The notes: a model not told the origin generated them from the sequence alone. Positions 32,096 through 43,285 are shown, numbered from the stretch's first letter. The stretch: 64,000 nt of DNA from an uncultured Chloroflexia bacterium (GCA_963765765.1 CAVXYC010000020.1:384001-448000); one strand, 5' to 3'. Numbers and translations: made by a program.

Positions 32096-33088
32096 CTAGG
32101 CATTGGATCTAGTTTTTATCCGCTCGGCTACGCGATCCAAAACCTTGCTCACCGTTGCTTCGGCGCCGCCTGAGTCCCGAATCAGCTCGATTAAGGCCTC
32201 GGATTCCAGCTCATGGCGGAGTGCTGCCTGGAAACGCTGTGTCGTAATCATGCGGACTCGTTCCGTCGTTCGCGCTGTCCGCCGCCGAGCTCCTTCGTCG
32301 CTGGAGGTCAACCACGCCCCGTGCTCATCCAGAGCTTCAATCAGCGCGTCGGTTCCTTCGTCCCTGAGAGCCGATGTGGCAAGGACGGGCGGCGACCAGG
32401 CTCGTGGCTGGTCAAGCTCCAGCATCGCGCGCAACGTTGCCTCGGTTGCTCGTGCCTCAGGACGATCCGACTTGTTTACGACAAAGATGTCGCCGGTCTC
32501 GAGGACTCCCGCTTTGAGCGCCTGGATATCATCACCGAGCCCCGGCACAACGACAACGACGTTTGAGTCCACCACCCGCGAGATGTCAGTCTCCCCCTGA
32601 CCAACACCGACCGACTCGATAAAGACCATCTCGAATCCGAACGCGTCGAGTAAGTCGACCATGTCTAGCGTCCGCGCCGCGAGGCCCCCGCTGACCATGC
32701 CGCTGGCCATGCTCCGAATGAAAACCTTTGGATTTGAGTGCAATTCTTGAAGTCGGATCCGATCGCCCAGAACAGATCCCCCGGACAACGGGCTCGTTGG
32801 GTCTACAGCCACGATTCCTACCGACCGCTCGCGAGCAAGACAGCCTTCGGCGAGTCGCAGCAACAGCGTACTCTTGCCGCCACCGGGTGGCCCGGTGACA
32901 CCGACGAGGTGCGCGCGGCCCAGCCGATCCTGGAGGCCTGCGATCGCTTCATTCACGCCCAGCATATCGCGCTCGGCAGCCGTCATCAGCCGCGCGAGTG
33001 CACGACGATCACCTTTGCGGATGCCGTCTGCCAGCTCTGAGCGAGATGCTCTTCGAGTTGAGCTCTCAGGCGATGGCTCGCCGCTCAC
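32096..33088 (-). CDS. meaB: Methylmalonyl-CoA mutase-associated GTPase MeaB
   Basis: [16 protein letters not shown]...[17 protein letters not shown] and NKSD motifs. Confidence 0.93.
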   Translation of the reverse strand: MSGEPSPESSTRRASRSELADGIRKGDRRALARLMTAAERDMLGVNEAIAGLQDRLGRAHLVGVTGPPGGGKSTLLLRLAEGCLARERSVGIVAVDPTSPLSGGSVLGDRIRLQELHSNPKVFIRSMASGMVSGGLAARTLDMVDLLDAFGFEMVFIESVGVGQGETDISRVVDSNVVVVVPGLGDDIQALKAGVLETGDIFVVNKSDRPEARATEATLRAMLELDQPRAWSPPVLATSALRDEGTDALIEALDEHGAWLTSSDEGARRRTARTTERVRMITTQRFQAALRHELESEALIELIRDSGGAEATVSKVLDRVAERIKTRSNA

Positions 33089-33516
33089 GCTCGCGCCGAT
33101 GTGGAGCGCTCGTTGACGAGGGTATGAACCAGCTCAACAGTGGCCTTGAGCGACGCACCGGGTCGAAAGACTTCTCGAACGCCCATCTCTTTGAGGATCT
33201 CCACGTCCTTCTCAGGAATGATGCCACCCGCCCACACAGGCACATCCTCGAGCCTTCGCTCGCGAAGGGCCGCGAAGATTCGTGGAAAGAGCTCGAGATG
33301 CGCGCCCGAGAGGATGGAGAGACCGATGGCGTCAACGTCCTCCTGGAGCGCTGCCTCGGCGATCATCTCCGGTGTCTGACGAATGCCCGTGTAAATGACA
33401 TCGCAGCCGGCGTCTCGAAGCGCGCGAACGATGACTTTCGCACCGCGGTCATGCCCATCTAATCCGGGTTTCGCGATGAGCACCCGGGGGCGGACGGCAG
33501 ACGGCGATTCAGACAC
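33085..33516 (-). CDS. Methylmalonyl-CoA mutase cobalamin-binding subunit
   Basis: GLDGHDRG (DxHxxG), SILSGAH and GGII motifs. Confidence 0.95.
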   Translation of the reverse strand: MSESPSAVRPRVLIAKPGLDGHDRGAKVIVRALRDAGCDVIYTGIRQTPEMIAEAALQEDVDAIGLSILSGAHLELFPRIFAALRERRLEDVPVWAGGIIPEKDVEILKEMGVREVFRPGASLKATVELVHTLVNERSTSARA

Positions 33517-33524
33517 GGTTTCGG

Positions 33525-34004
33525 TTAGCCTTCCGTGCCAGCAGAACCGGACGAAGTCACCACAACGCCAGCGGTAGGGTCTGTAGCCGCATATTCGGCC
33601 AACGGATCGTCCTCCTGGTTGATCTCGACCAGCACTCCGCCCGTTGACGACGGGGGCATGAATGCTACCTGTCCAACAGCGCCGGGTCGAGGCTCAGTGT
33701 CGGTGAATTCCGCGCCGCGAGCTTTTAGTGTTTCCATCGAGCCCGCGATGTCGTCCACCTCGAAACAGATGTGATGGAGTCCAGGTCCCCAACGATCGAG
33801 ATAACGGCGCACCGTGTTGTCCTGGTTCAGCGGCTCGAGGAGCTCGAGCTCCGTGTCACCGATCTTGATAAAGGCGATCTTGAGCTGCCGATCGTCCAAC
33901 GTGACCGTGCGCGTGACCTCCAGACCCAGCACGTCGCGATAGTACTTCACCGCCTCATCGACATTTTCTACGGCGATGCTCACATGACTCAGTTTTTTGA
34001 GCAT
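33525..34004 (-). CDS. mce: Methylmalonyl-CoA epimerase
   Basis: [20 protein letters not shown] and GVLVE motifs; operon context. Confidence 0.9.
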   Translation of the reverse strand: MLKKLSHVSIAVENVDEAVKYYRDVLGLEVTRTVTLDDRQLKIAFIKIGDTELELLEPLNQDNTVRRYLDRWGPGLHHICFEVDDIAGSMETLKARGAEFTDTEPRPGAVGQVAFMPPSSTGGVLVEINQEDDPLAEYAATDPTAGVVVTSSGSAGTEG

Positions 34005-34018
34005 TCAATCTCCCAAAA

Positions 34019-34102
34019 GAAGTGATGAGTGATGGGTCATTGAGCGATGAGTAGACATCATGAAATCCATACACTCATCGCTCACACCACACTCATCACT
34101 TC
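34019..34102. repeat. Inverted repeat built of 7-bp (tgatgag-like) units
   Basis: gaagtgatgagtg pairs with cactcatcacttc; tgagcgatgagt pairs with actcatcgctca. Confidence 0.8.
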
Positions 34103-34105
34103 GAT

Positions 34106-35284
34106 TCATACGGCTTCGAAAGACATGGCGACCGCTCCACCGCCACCGTGGCAGAGCCCTGCCAGGCCACGACGAGCCCCGCGGGCCTGCATGGCATTGA
34201 GCAACGTCACGACGAGCCGGGCGCCAGTTGCGCCCAGCGGATGTCCGAGCGCAATCGCCCCGCCATTCACATTGACCTTTGACCAGTCCCAATTGAGCAC
34301 TCGGCCGTTTGCAACAATCTGGGCCGCGAATGCCTCATTGATCTCCAGGAGATCGTAATCGTCGAGGTCCGTTTCGGTGCGCTCCATGACCTTGCGCGTC
34401 GCGTCCACCGGGGCGTCGAAGAGCCACAGGGGCTCGATGCCTGTTGCCGCGTGGCCAACCACGCGAACCAGCGGTATCAAATGATGTTTCTCTACGGCTC
34501 GCTCACTCACCACGACAAGCGCGGCTCCGCCATCGGTCAGCCCCGGCGCATTGCCAGCGGTGACAATGCCATCGGGCGAGAACGCAGGCTTGAGCTTACG
34601 CAGGGCCTCCAGTGACGTGTCCGCACGCGGCGCTTCATCTCGCCCAACTGTCGTCACCCGACGACCATCGCTGACCGTTATCGGGACGACCTCGGCATCA
34701 AACGCGCCGGACTCCCAGGCCGCGGAGGCACGCCGGTGGCTCTCGAGCGCGTATTCATCCAGCTCATCACGGGTCAGGCCATACTTTTCGGCGATCGCCT
34801 CGGCTGAATTGCCCATATGGTGATTCTCAAAGGCGCACCAGAGACCGTCTTGGATGATCGAGTCCTGGAGCGTCTGGTTCCCAGCGCGCAATCCCTGCCT
34901 GGCGCCCGGAACCAGGTATGGCGCGGTGCTCATGCTCTCCATGCCGCCGGCGATCACGACGTCCGACTCATCTTCCCGGATGGATCGAGCAGCCAGGTGA
35001 ATTGCCTCAAGTCCAGAAGCACATACCTTATTGATGGTCATCACGGAGGCTGACTCCGGCACGTCGGCCCGAATGGCTGCCTGACGCGCAGGAGCCTGGC
35101 CAAGGCCGGCGCTGATCACGTTGCCCATGATCACTTCGTCCACGTCCGCCGCATCAAGCCCGGCCTTTTCGAGAGCCCCGCGAATTGCCGTGGCACCAAG
35201 CTCAATCGCGGGCGTGGCAGCGAGTCCGCCCATGAACTTGCCAATCGGCGTCCGCGCTGCGCCTGCAATGTAAACGTTGGTCAT
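34106..35284 (-). CDS. Acetyl-CoA C-acetyltransferase (thiolase)
   Basis: NKVCASG, NEAF, GHPLGATG and CHGGG motifs. Confidence 0.95.
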   Translation of the reverse strand: MTNVYIAGAARTPIGKFMGGLAATPAIELGATAIRGALEKAGLDAADVDEVIMGNVISAGLGQAPARQAAIRADVPESASVMTINKVCASGLEAIHLAARSIREDESDVVIAGGMESMSTAPYLVPGARQGLRAGNQTLQDSIIQDGLWCAFENHHMGNSAEAIAEKYGLTRDELDEYALESHRRASAAWESGAFDAEVVPITVSDGRRVTTVGRDEAPRADTSLEALRKLKPAFSPDGIVTAGNAPGLTDGGAALVVVSERAVEKHHLIPLVRVVGHAATGIEPLWLFDAPVDATRKVMERTETDLDDYDLLEINEAFAAQIVANGRVLNWDWSKVNVNGGAIALGHPLGATGARLVVTLLNAMQARGARRGLAGLCHGGGGAVAMSFEAV

Positions 35285-35300
35285 CCGAAATCAACTTTCT

Positions 35301-35406
35301 TTGGACTGCGGCGGTTTTCGCCGCTTTCACGTCGGCTGGAAGCCGAGCTCACTATCACTGCGTCGCTCCGCTCTGTGCGAAAGCGGCGAAGGCCGCCGCA
35401 GTCCAA
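35301..35406. repeat. REP doublet, TTGGAxTGCGG...CCGCTTT family
   Basis: ttggactgcggcggttttcgccgctttc pairs with gaaagcggcgaaggccgccgcagtccaa; relatives at 48513-48622 and 49991-50036. Confidence 0.88.
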
Positions 35407-35428
35407 AGATCCGCGGGCATCGACATTT

Positions 35429-36577
35429 TCATTCCGATTCCAGCCCCAGTGCTCGCCCGATGACCATTTTCTGGATTTCAGAGGTGCCTTCGCCGATCGT
35501 CAGGATCTTTGCATCACGATAGTGGCGCGCTACGGCGGTCTCCTCGATGAATCCCAGACCACCGTGAACCTGCACGGCCGCGTCGGCCGCGCGTACCGCG
35601 ACTTCAGAGGCAAACAGCTTCGCCATCGCTGCTTCCATTGTAATGCGCCGTCCGGCGTCCTTGGATATTGCCGCTCGATACGTCAACAAGCGAGCCGCCT
35701 CGATCTCCGTGGCGAGCTCCGCCAGTCGAAATTGGACCGCTTGCTTCCGTGCAATCGGAGCCCCGAACGCGATCCGCTGCTTGGCATATTCCATCGACAG
35801 ATCGAGGCATCCCTGGGCCAGCCCAACGCTGAGTGCCGCCACACCAATTCGGCCGCCGTCCAGGACTTCAAGAAACTGAGCAACCCCGCGCCCACGGGTG
35901 CCAACAATGTTCGCGACTGGCACTCGGCAATCCTCAAAGATTAGCTCTCGTGTGTCGGATGCGTGCCAGCCGATCTTTCGGTATGGGCGACCGACGGTGT
36001 ACCCGGATGTACCCGTCGGAATCAGGACGTTGCTGTACTCGCGCGGGGTATCACCAGTGATAGCAACGATCGTCACGAAGGAGGAGATCTCGGTCCCCGC
36101 ATTCGTAATGAACGCTTTCGTGCCGTTGACGACCAGATCCTTGCCATCGGTTCGAGCGGTCGTAGTCATCGCCTGAACATCTGAGCCGCCTGAGGGCTCA
36201 GTCGTTCCAAAGGCACCCAGCGTTTCACCGCGTGCCAGCGGCGTCAGCCATTGTTTTTTCTGCTCTTCGGAGCCGAAGAGATTGAGCGGACCGCCACCAA
36301 GTGATACCGACGCGCCAACGGTGATCGCCGTGGATGAATCAATGCGCGCAAGCTCCTCGATGGCAACGGCGAATGACAACGTGCCGGCCCCGAGTCCACC
36401 GTACTCCTCGGGGAATGACAAGCCCATAACTCCGAGGTCACCGAGCTTGCGGACCACGTCCAGCGGGACCTTCTCTGCCTGGTCCCAGGCTTCGGCGTGT
36501 GGCGCGATCTCTGCCTCTGCGAATTCGCGGATCGTGCTCCGAAGAGCCCGCTGTTCATCGCTAAGCCCGAAATCCAC
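35429..36577 (-). CDS. Acyl-CoA dehydrogenase
   Basis: TEPSGGSD, NGTKAFITN, QVHGG.G and IGEGTSEIQ motifs. Confidence 0.95.
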   Translation of the reverse strand: MDFGLSDEQRALRSTIREFAEAEIAPHAEAWDQAEKVPLDVVRKLGDLGVMGLSFPEEYGGLGAGTLSFAVAIEELARIDSSTAITVGASVSLGGGPLNLFGSEEQKKQWLTPLARGETLGAFGTTEPSGGSDVQAMTTTARTDGKDLVVNGTKAFITNAGTEISSFVTIVAITGDTPREYSNVLIPTGTSGYTVGRPYRKIGWHASDTRELIFEDCRVPVANIVGTRGRGVAQFLEVLDGGRIGVAALSVGLAQGCLDLSMEYAKQRIAFGAPIARKQAVQFRLAELATEIEAARLLTYRAAISKDAGRRITMEAAMAKLFASEVAVRAADAAVQVHGGLGFIEETAVARHYRDAKILTIGEGTSEIQKMVIGRALGLESE

Positions 36578-36591
36578 GATCCCTCCTCATT

Positions 36592-36629
36592 AGCAGCCGC
36601 GACTGACATCAGCAGCCGCGACTGACATC
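36592..36629. repeat. Exact 19-bp tandem duplication
   Basis: agcagccgcgactgacatc x2, just upstream of the acyl-CoA dehydrogenase RBS. Confidence 0.92.
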
Positions 36630-36640
36630 ATTCTAGCCGC

Positions 36641-36771
36641 CTCCTGGTGAATACGGAGGGACCGGCAGAGACGCCCAATACCGTTGAGTTAACGACGCCA
36701 GTGGCTCGTCAGGATGCCACCGGTCCCTCAATGCCTTTACTAAACAAGCATGGTCCGCGCGTATCCAGGAG
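36641..36771 (-). promoter_or_regulatory. Candidate structured 5' leader of the acyl-CoA dehydrogenase-MCM operon
   Basis: Nested stems ctcctgg..atacg/cgtatccaggag and gagggaccgg/ccggtccctc. Confidence 0.4.
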
Positions 36772-36877
36772 TCAGGCCATTTGCTAGACTTGATCCGCTG
36801 GCTCGCCGTCATCTGCGGCGCTCTTAGCACCGCACTGGAGCCCCCAATTTGATGCTTACCGTGCGAACGAACGCTTT

Positions 36878-38158
36878 GTGATCGAGCGTAACGTCGCAAA
36901 GCTCAAGGCAATCCTCACATCAGAGATTGCTCTGTCGCTGTATTTGCCGGCATTCACCTTGGCACTTGGGCGGGGAATCGCCGCCCCGGCCTTACCGGTG
37001 TACGCGAAATCGTTCGACATTCCATTCGAGCAAGCATCCTGGGTCATCATCGTCTACTTGCTTGGCACGGCGATTTCCACCGTACCCACAGGGATGTTGA
37101 TTGATCGAATTGGGCGACGAAGAATTGTCCTTGCGGGGCCAATACTCTCCGCTGCCGCCTCGCTCCTTATTCCGTTCGCACACAACTTTCCCGAGCTGCT
37201 CGTACTCCGCTTCATCGGCGGGTGGGCACAGGGCATGTGGGTGTTGGCGCGACTTACCATCATCGCCGACCAGGGGGGCGATAAGCGCGGACGACTCATC
37301 ACCGCCATGGTGGCCATGGAAGGCGCTGGTAGCTTGATCGGCCCAGCGGTCGGTGGTCTCATCGCTTACCTGACTGACGTACGGGTGCCGTTCTTCATCC
37401 ACGGCGGTCTTGCGCTTTTATCGGTAATCCCTAGCTTCAAACTCATTCAAGACCCTAAAGCCGAGACAATACGAGCCCAAAAGGCAAAAGAGGGTCCCGG
37501 ATTCGCATGGCTTCGAGAAGTCATGGTCTTTCCGGTCATCATCATCTGCATCGTGCAGGTTTTCGTGCAGATGTCCCGAGCGAGCGTCGGGAATGGCATC
37601 CTCGATCTGTACGCTGTCTACGCGTACGGCGTGGGACCGGCGCTGTTGGGCGCTATGGCTGCGATTGCCACGGCGGTGAGCCTTCCGATCACGTTTATGG
37701 CGGGGCACGTCATGGACCGATTTGGAAGACGGAAGACCATCATCCCAGGTTTTACTCTCGTTGGTAGCTCGATGGTCTTCATGGCGGTCATCGCCGCGGC
37801 AGACTTGCCTCTCCCTGTGTATGTGCTTGCCTTAGTCGTGGCACAGATGAGTCAGGCGGTCACTCACGGATCCATGCAGACATTAGCCGCGGATATCGCC
37901 CCAGCCAATGCACGCGGGAAATTCTTCGGCCTGTGGAGGTTGATTGGCGAGACGAGCACGTTCATCAGTCCAGTGATGTTTACGTTCTTTTCGTCCCATG
38001 GCGGCTTTCCCGCATCGTTCATGTATCTCGGGATTAGCGGGTTCATGGCCGCGGGTATCACGCTGTTCTTCGTGAAGGAGACGCTGAATCGGCCCGCGCC
38101 AAGGTCTGCGCCCGCACCGGCGGCTGAGGCGGTTGTGACCGTGGCGCAAACGCGCTGA
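36878..38158 (+). CDS. MFS transporter
   Basis: G.LIDRIGRR and GHVMDRFGRR motifs; about 12 hydrophobic segments. Confidence 0.93.
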   Translation: MIERNVAKLKAILTSEIALSLYLPAFTLALGRGIAAPALPVYAKSFDIPFEQASWVIIVYLLGTAISTVPTGMLIDRIGRRRIVLAGPILSAAASLLIPFAHNFPELLVLRFIGGWAQGMWVLARLTIIADQGGDKRGRLITAMVAMEGAGSLIGPAVGGLIAYLTDVRVPFFIHGGLALLSVIPSFKLIQDPKAETIRAQKAKEGPGFAWLREVMVFPVIIICIVQVFVQMSRASVGNGILDLYAVYAYGVGPALLGAMAAIATAVSLPITFMAGHVMDRFGRRKTIIPGFTLVGSSMVFMAVIAAADLPLPVYVLALVVAQMSQAVTHGSMQTLAADIAPANARGKFFGLWRLIGETSTFISPVMFTFFSSHGGFPASFMYLGISGFMAAGITLFFVKETLNRPAPRSAPAPAAEAVVTVAQTR

Positions 38159-38258
38159 AGCTGAATGCACCGTTCGGCAGTCGTTCCCAGAGCACTGCGT
38201 TGGGCTCGCATCTGCATCTCCCCAACGCGACAGATCGCGTCGGCTGGTTGATTGACCG

Positions 38259-38846
38259 ATGATGTTCGACAAGCTGCGCGCCTGGCTGGCGCTCCGGAGA
38301 ACCGAGAAACGGGAGACGGAGAGCTCCATTCCAGCCGCCGCACCACAGTCCTTCGAACCACAAGAATCGCGGTCGGCGGAGCCGGCCCTCTTCGAGCATC
38401 CGACTGACCCGCGCACCGAGCGTTTGGCTGAACGCCTGATGGAAGATGAGACGTTGCGTGGCAACCTTGAGGACGTGGCCTGGCAGCCCATCCAGGACTG
38501 GGCGCTTGAGATCCTTGGCGATCTAGCGCGCCGGACGAAGGATCTGGATGACCCCGAGGCTGCGCCGGTGCTTGATCGGGCGTACTCGTCCCTCCGCCAA
38601 GCAATCGGTGCGTTGGCGGACATTGCTGAGCACGGACCTGAGTCGTCGGAAGTGTCGAAACCGATGGAGACTTTGCGAGCGACACTGGTGCCCCCATTGA
38701 TGGACGCCCGCACGGGCTCAGTCCGGGCGGACCGGGCGGCGGCAGTGGCTGCGCGTCTAAAAGCAGACCGCGCGACAAGCGCACATGCGGCCAACCGACT
38801 CATTTCCGCTCTACGCGGATCCGCGTCAGAGCAGCACACCCCATGA
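38259..38846 (+). CDS. Hypothetical helical protein
   Basis: Natural composition; ATGA overlap with the PLD gene. Confidence 0.7.
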   Translation: MMFDKLRAWLALRRTEKRETESSIPAAAPQSFEPQESRSAEPALFEHPTDPRTERLAERLMEDETLRGNLEDVAWQPIQDWALEILGDLARRTKDLDDPEAAPVLDRAYSSLRQAIGALADIAEHGPESSEVSKPMETLRATLVPPLMDARTGSVRADRAAAVAARLKADRATSAHAANRLISALRGSASEQHTP

Positions 38847-39973
38847 ACCGCTCTCAGGGCCTGCGGATCGCCGCTGTGCTCGTTCTCATACTGCTCCTGG
38901 CCGCTGGGGCACTCTACGTACTCCGCCAGCGGCCCGGTATACCGCCTACTACTACACCTGGCGCGCCGACTTCCATCGAGCAGGGTGCGCCGTGGGAAGT
39001 GGCGTTCACTACACCAATCCGGCCGCCCGACGATCCCAGCCGCCACGTGGGCGGGATCGATACACGCCTGGTGAGACTAATGGACACCGCGACTCGAACG
39101 CTGGACGTAGCCTCGTACGACTTCGATTTAGCAAACGTGGCCGACGCCATGGCCCGAGCAGTCCGCCGCGGCGTGAGGGTGCGCATGGTGACCGATACGG
39201 ACACTGTCGAGAACACTCGCGAGCCCGCTGTCCAACCCGCGCTGCAAACCGTTCGACAGGCTGGCATAACGATCGTGGAGGATCGGCGGGGTGCCATCAT
39301 GCATCACAAATTCACGGTCGTGGATGACGAATTCGTGTCAATGGGCTCCTGGAACTACACCGACGGTGACACTTACCGCCTGAACAATAACGTCGCGATC
39401 TTTCACTCACGCGAGCTGGCAGAGAACTACACCGCCGAGTTTGAAAAGATGTTCATTGGCGGGAAATTCGGTCCTTCCAAGTCGGGCGGAGCTCAGTACC
39501 CAGACGTCTCTCTGGGCGATACCAGGGTCACCACGTTCTTTGCGCCACAGGACCAGGTGGCCGATCACCTTGTGGAGCGCATCAACGCCGCTCAAGGTCG
39601 CATTCACTTCCTGGCCTTTAGCTTCACTCACAATGCCATGGGTGACGCCATGATCCGCAAGCATGCGGACGGCATCGAGGTGCGCGGCGTCTTCGAGACA
39701 ACAGGGTCCAACACGCAGTTCAGCGAGTTTGGAAAGATGCGTCGGGCCGGCATGGATGTTCTGCAGGACGGCAATCCGTACGTGATGCACCACAAGGTCA
39801 TATTGCTGGACGATCGTACGACCATTTTTGGCAGCTTCAACTACTCTGCGGCAGCGGACGAAGACAACGACGAAAATCTGCTGATCATAGATGATCCGCT
39901 CATGACAGCGCGATTCGAGCAGGAATTCCAGCGGGTCAGGGACGTGGCCCGCGCCGCACCGGCGCGGAAATAG
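38843..39973 (+). CDS. Phospholipase D/nuclease family protein, N-terminally anchored
   Basis: Two HKD motifs (HHKFTVVD..GSWN, HHKVILLD..GSFN). Confidence 0.92.
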   Translation: MNRSQGLRIAAVLVLILLLAAGALYVLRQRPGIPPTTTPGAPTSIEQGAPWEVAFTTPIRPPDDPSRHVGGIDTRLVRLMDTATRTLDVASYDFDLANVADAMARAVRRGVRVRMVTDTDTVENTREPAVQPALQTVRQAGITIVEDRRGAIMHHKFTVVDDEFVSMGSWNYTDGDTYRLNNNVAIFHSRELAENYTAEFEKMFIGGKFGPSKSGGAQYPDVSLGDTRVTTFFAPQDQVADHLVERINAAQGRIHFLAFSFTHNAMGDAMIRKHADGIEVRGVFETTGSNTQFSEFGKMRRAGMDVLQDGNPYVMHHKVILLDDRTTIFGSFNYSAAADEDNDENLLIIDDPLMTARFEQEFQRVRDVARAAPARK

Positions 39974-39979
39974 TCTCGG

Positions 39980-40221
39980 CCACAGAGTTGCGTCCGCTAA
40001 GGGTGCGGTTCCTCCGTGAACGCCAATTACCCGAAATCGCCATCAAGATCAACAGAGCCGCGCACGTGAGTAAGCGATTCTTCTCGCGATATCTCTGGCC
40101 TCTGGTGCTCGCGAGAGGCACCGCTTACTCACGTGCGCGGCTCTGAGGCTGGCTGATGAGTGTGATCGGTTTTAAGGTGTTCGCGGGAGGAACCGCACCC
40201 TCATGGGATGCGACTTTGTGG
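39980..40221. repeat. ~240-bp nested inverted repeat (REPIN/MITE-like)
   Basis: Inner 24-bp perfect arms 40053-40076/40122-40145; 16-bp perfect arms 40000-40015/40186-40201; outer arms with G-T pairs. Confidence 0.9.
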
Positions 40222-40244
40222 GCTAGGAGTTTCGCACTAGTTGC

Positions 40245-43200
40245 TTAACCGGCTTTGACGAGCGTAGGAAGAACCTCGCGGAGATACTCGCCGGTGTACG
40301 AGCGTGGGTTCTCAGCGAGCTCTTCGGGAGTGCCGACACCGATGATCTCACCACCTGCGTCGCCGCCCTCAGGGCCGAGATCGATGAGCCAATCGGCCGT
40401 CTTGATCACGTCAAGATTGTGCTCGATGACGACGACGGTATTGCCGCCTTCGACAAGTCGATTCAACACGCGCAGGAGATGTGCAACATCGGCAAAGTGC
40501 AATCCCGTTGTCGGCTCATCCAGGATGTAGATCGTTCGGCCCGTGGCGCGCTTGGAGAGTTCTGTGGCCAGCTTTACTCGCTGTGCTTCACCGCCCGAGA
40601 GCGTCGTCGCCGGTCTGCCCCAGCCGAACGTAGCCCAGGCCGACGTCGAACAATGTCTGGAGCTTTTGCCGAATGGCGGGAATGGCGCCGAAGAACTCGA
40701 CCCCTTCCTCCACGGTCATGTCCAGCACTTCTGAGATGTTCTTGCCCTTGTAGTGCACTTCGAGCGTCTCGCGGTTATACCGTCGCCCTTTACACACCTC
40801 GCACGGGACATACACGTCGGGCAGGAACTGCATTGCTATCTGCAAAATGCCATCGCCCTCGCAGGCTTCACACCGACCACCCTTTACGTTGAACGAGAAC
40901 CGTCCAGCCTTGTAGCCGCGGACCCGCGCCTCGGGCACCGTGGCAAATAATTCCCGTATTGGCGTGAAGAGCCCCGTATATGTCGCCGGATTTGACCTCG
41001 GCGTACGCCCAATGGGCGATTGGTCAATATTGACGACCTTATCCAGATGCTGCAGCCCTTCGATACGATCGTGCAAGCCTGGCCGCTCACGGTTGCGATT
41101 GATCGTTTGAGCAAGCGCTTTGTGCAGGATCTCGGTGACCAGCGAGCTCTTGCCGGAGCCCGATACACCGGTGATGCAGACGAACTTACCCAGCGGAATG
41201 CTCACATCCACATTCTTGAGATTGTTCTCGCGCGCCCCAATGACCTTGATCTCATTGCCGCTGCCAGGACGACGGCTCTCTGGACTCTCGATTGTGATCG
41301 CGCCGCTGAGATACTGCCCCGTGACAGAGGCTGGCACCGCCAGAATCGACTCGAGCGGACCACTTGCCACAACCTCGCCGCCGTGCTCCCCGGCACCTGG
41401 ACCAATGTCGATGATCCAGTCGGAAGCGCGCATCATCTCCTCGTCGTGCTCAACGACGATCAACGTGTTTCCAAGTGTTACCAGCCGCTCCAGCGTCTTG
41501 ATCAGCCGCCCGTTGTCACGCTGATGGAGGCCAATGCTGGGCTCGTCAAGGATGTACAGCACGCCCATCAGCCCCGAGCCAATTTGCGTCGCTAACCGAA
41601 TGCGCTGCGCTTCGCCGCCTGAGAGCGTGCCCGCGGTGCGATCCAGCGTCAGGTAGTCCAGTCCCACGTCAAGCAAGAACCCAATCCGGGCCTGGATCTC
41701 CTTGAGGATCTGCCGCGCGATCGTCAACTCGCGATCGGAGAGTGTCAGGTTGCGTTCGTCCGCGTATGGGACCGCCGTCCCGTTCCGACCCGACTTTGCG
41801 CTTCCGTTACGTGACGACGCTCGGACTCGCACTGACTTTGACTTGACCGAGCCATTCGCGGCTCCGTTCGTCGAAATGCTTCGAGGATCCGTCGTCGAAC
41901 ACTTCGCGTTTGGCCAGCGCGTCGAAGAATTGAGCTGAACGATTGATTGGTAGGTGGGTAACCTCGTTAATCGATCGTCCCGCGATCGTCACGGCAAGAG
42001 ATTCGGGCTTGAGGCGCGCGCCATTGCAAGTCGGGCAAGGGCGCTGAGCCATGTACTGCTCAATCTCAGTACGAACGGCCTCCGATTCAGTTTCTCGGAA
42101 TCGGCGCTCGAGGTTCTTCACTACGCCTTCGTAGGAAACGCGATATTCGTGCGTACGACCATGCCTGTTGGTGTGTCGCATGGTGACTCGCTGCTTGCCG
42201 AGGCCGTAGAGAATCGATTGGACGGCTTCTTCGGGGTATTCCTCGATCGGCACATCGGGAGAGAGGTCCAGGGTCTTGAGCAGAGCTGAAAGCACCGCCT
42301 GGTAATAGGTGCTGACGGTATAGGACCGATACCAGGGCACGATCGCACCCTTGTTGACCGAGAGCTTGGGATTGGGGATCACCAGGTCGGGGTCCACCTC
42401 CAGCCGGTGACCCAATCCGGTGCAGTCGGGACACGCCCCATGAGGGCTATTGAATGAAAACGTCCGTGGCTCAATCTCGCCGAGACTGATGTTGCAGAAG
42501 ACACACGCAAACTGCTCGGAGTAAACGTGCTCCTCACCATCCACGACGGCCACATGCACCGTTCCATTGCCCAGCTTGAGCGCCTGCTCCACCGAGTCAG
42601 CGATGCGACCGCGCTCTTCACTGATGCCAGCTACGCTCGACGCCTGGTCTGGAACCGTAAGTCGATCAACAACCACATCGATGGTGTGCATCTTGTAGCG
42701 ATCGAGCTTGATCTCGTCATTGACGTCGTGAATCTCTCCGTTCACGCGTACCCGGACGAAACCGGCCTTTCGAACATCGTCAAAGACGGACTGGTACTCA
42801 CCCTTACGCGCTTTTACTAGCGGAGCCAGCACCATGATCCGTGAGCCGGCGGGAAGCGCGAGAACCGCGTCTACGATCGACTCCGCGGATTGGGCCGTAA
42901 CCAGACGGCCGCACTTGGGGCAGTGTGGATGGCCGATGCGGGCGTACAGCAGTCGCAGATAGTCGTAGATCTCGGTCACCGTACCCACGGTGGAGCGAGG
43001 GTTATGACTCGCGCCCTTTTGATCGATCGAGATGGCGGGAGAGAGGCCCTCGATGAGATCGACATCAGGCTTGTCCATCTGCCCGAGGAACTGGCGCGCA
43101 TATGCAGAGAGCGACTCTACGTAGCGCCGCTGCCCTTCCGCGTAGATAGTGTCAAACGCGAGCGACGACTTCCCCGACCCCGATAACCCGGTAATGACTA

Positions 43201-43285
43201 CCAGCTTGTCGCGCGGGATGGTGACGTCGATGTTCTTGAGGTTGTGCTGGCGAGCGCCGCGGATAACTATCTGGTCTTGAGCCAT
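40245..43285 (-). CDS. uvrA: Excinuclease ABC subunit A (frameshifts near 41860 and 40615)
   Basis: GARQHNLK, two Walker A motifs ([18 protein letters not shown]), LSGGEAQR and zinc fingers across three frames. Confidence 0.95.

Noticed and set aside
27014-43285. Programmed frameshifting or true pseudogenes in cinA, accC and uvrA
   Set aside because: The genes are otherwise intact with no slippery motifs seen; assembly indels explain them more simply.
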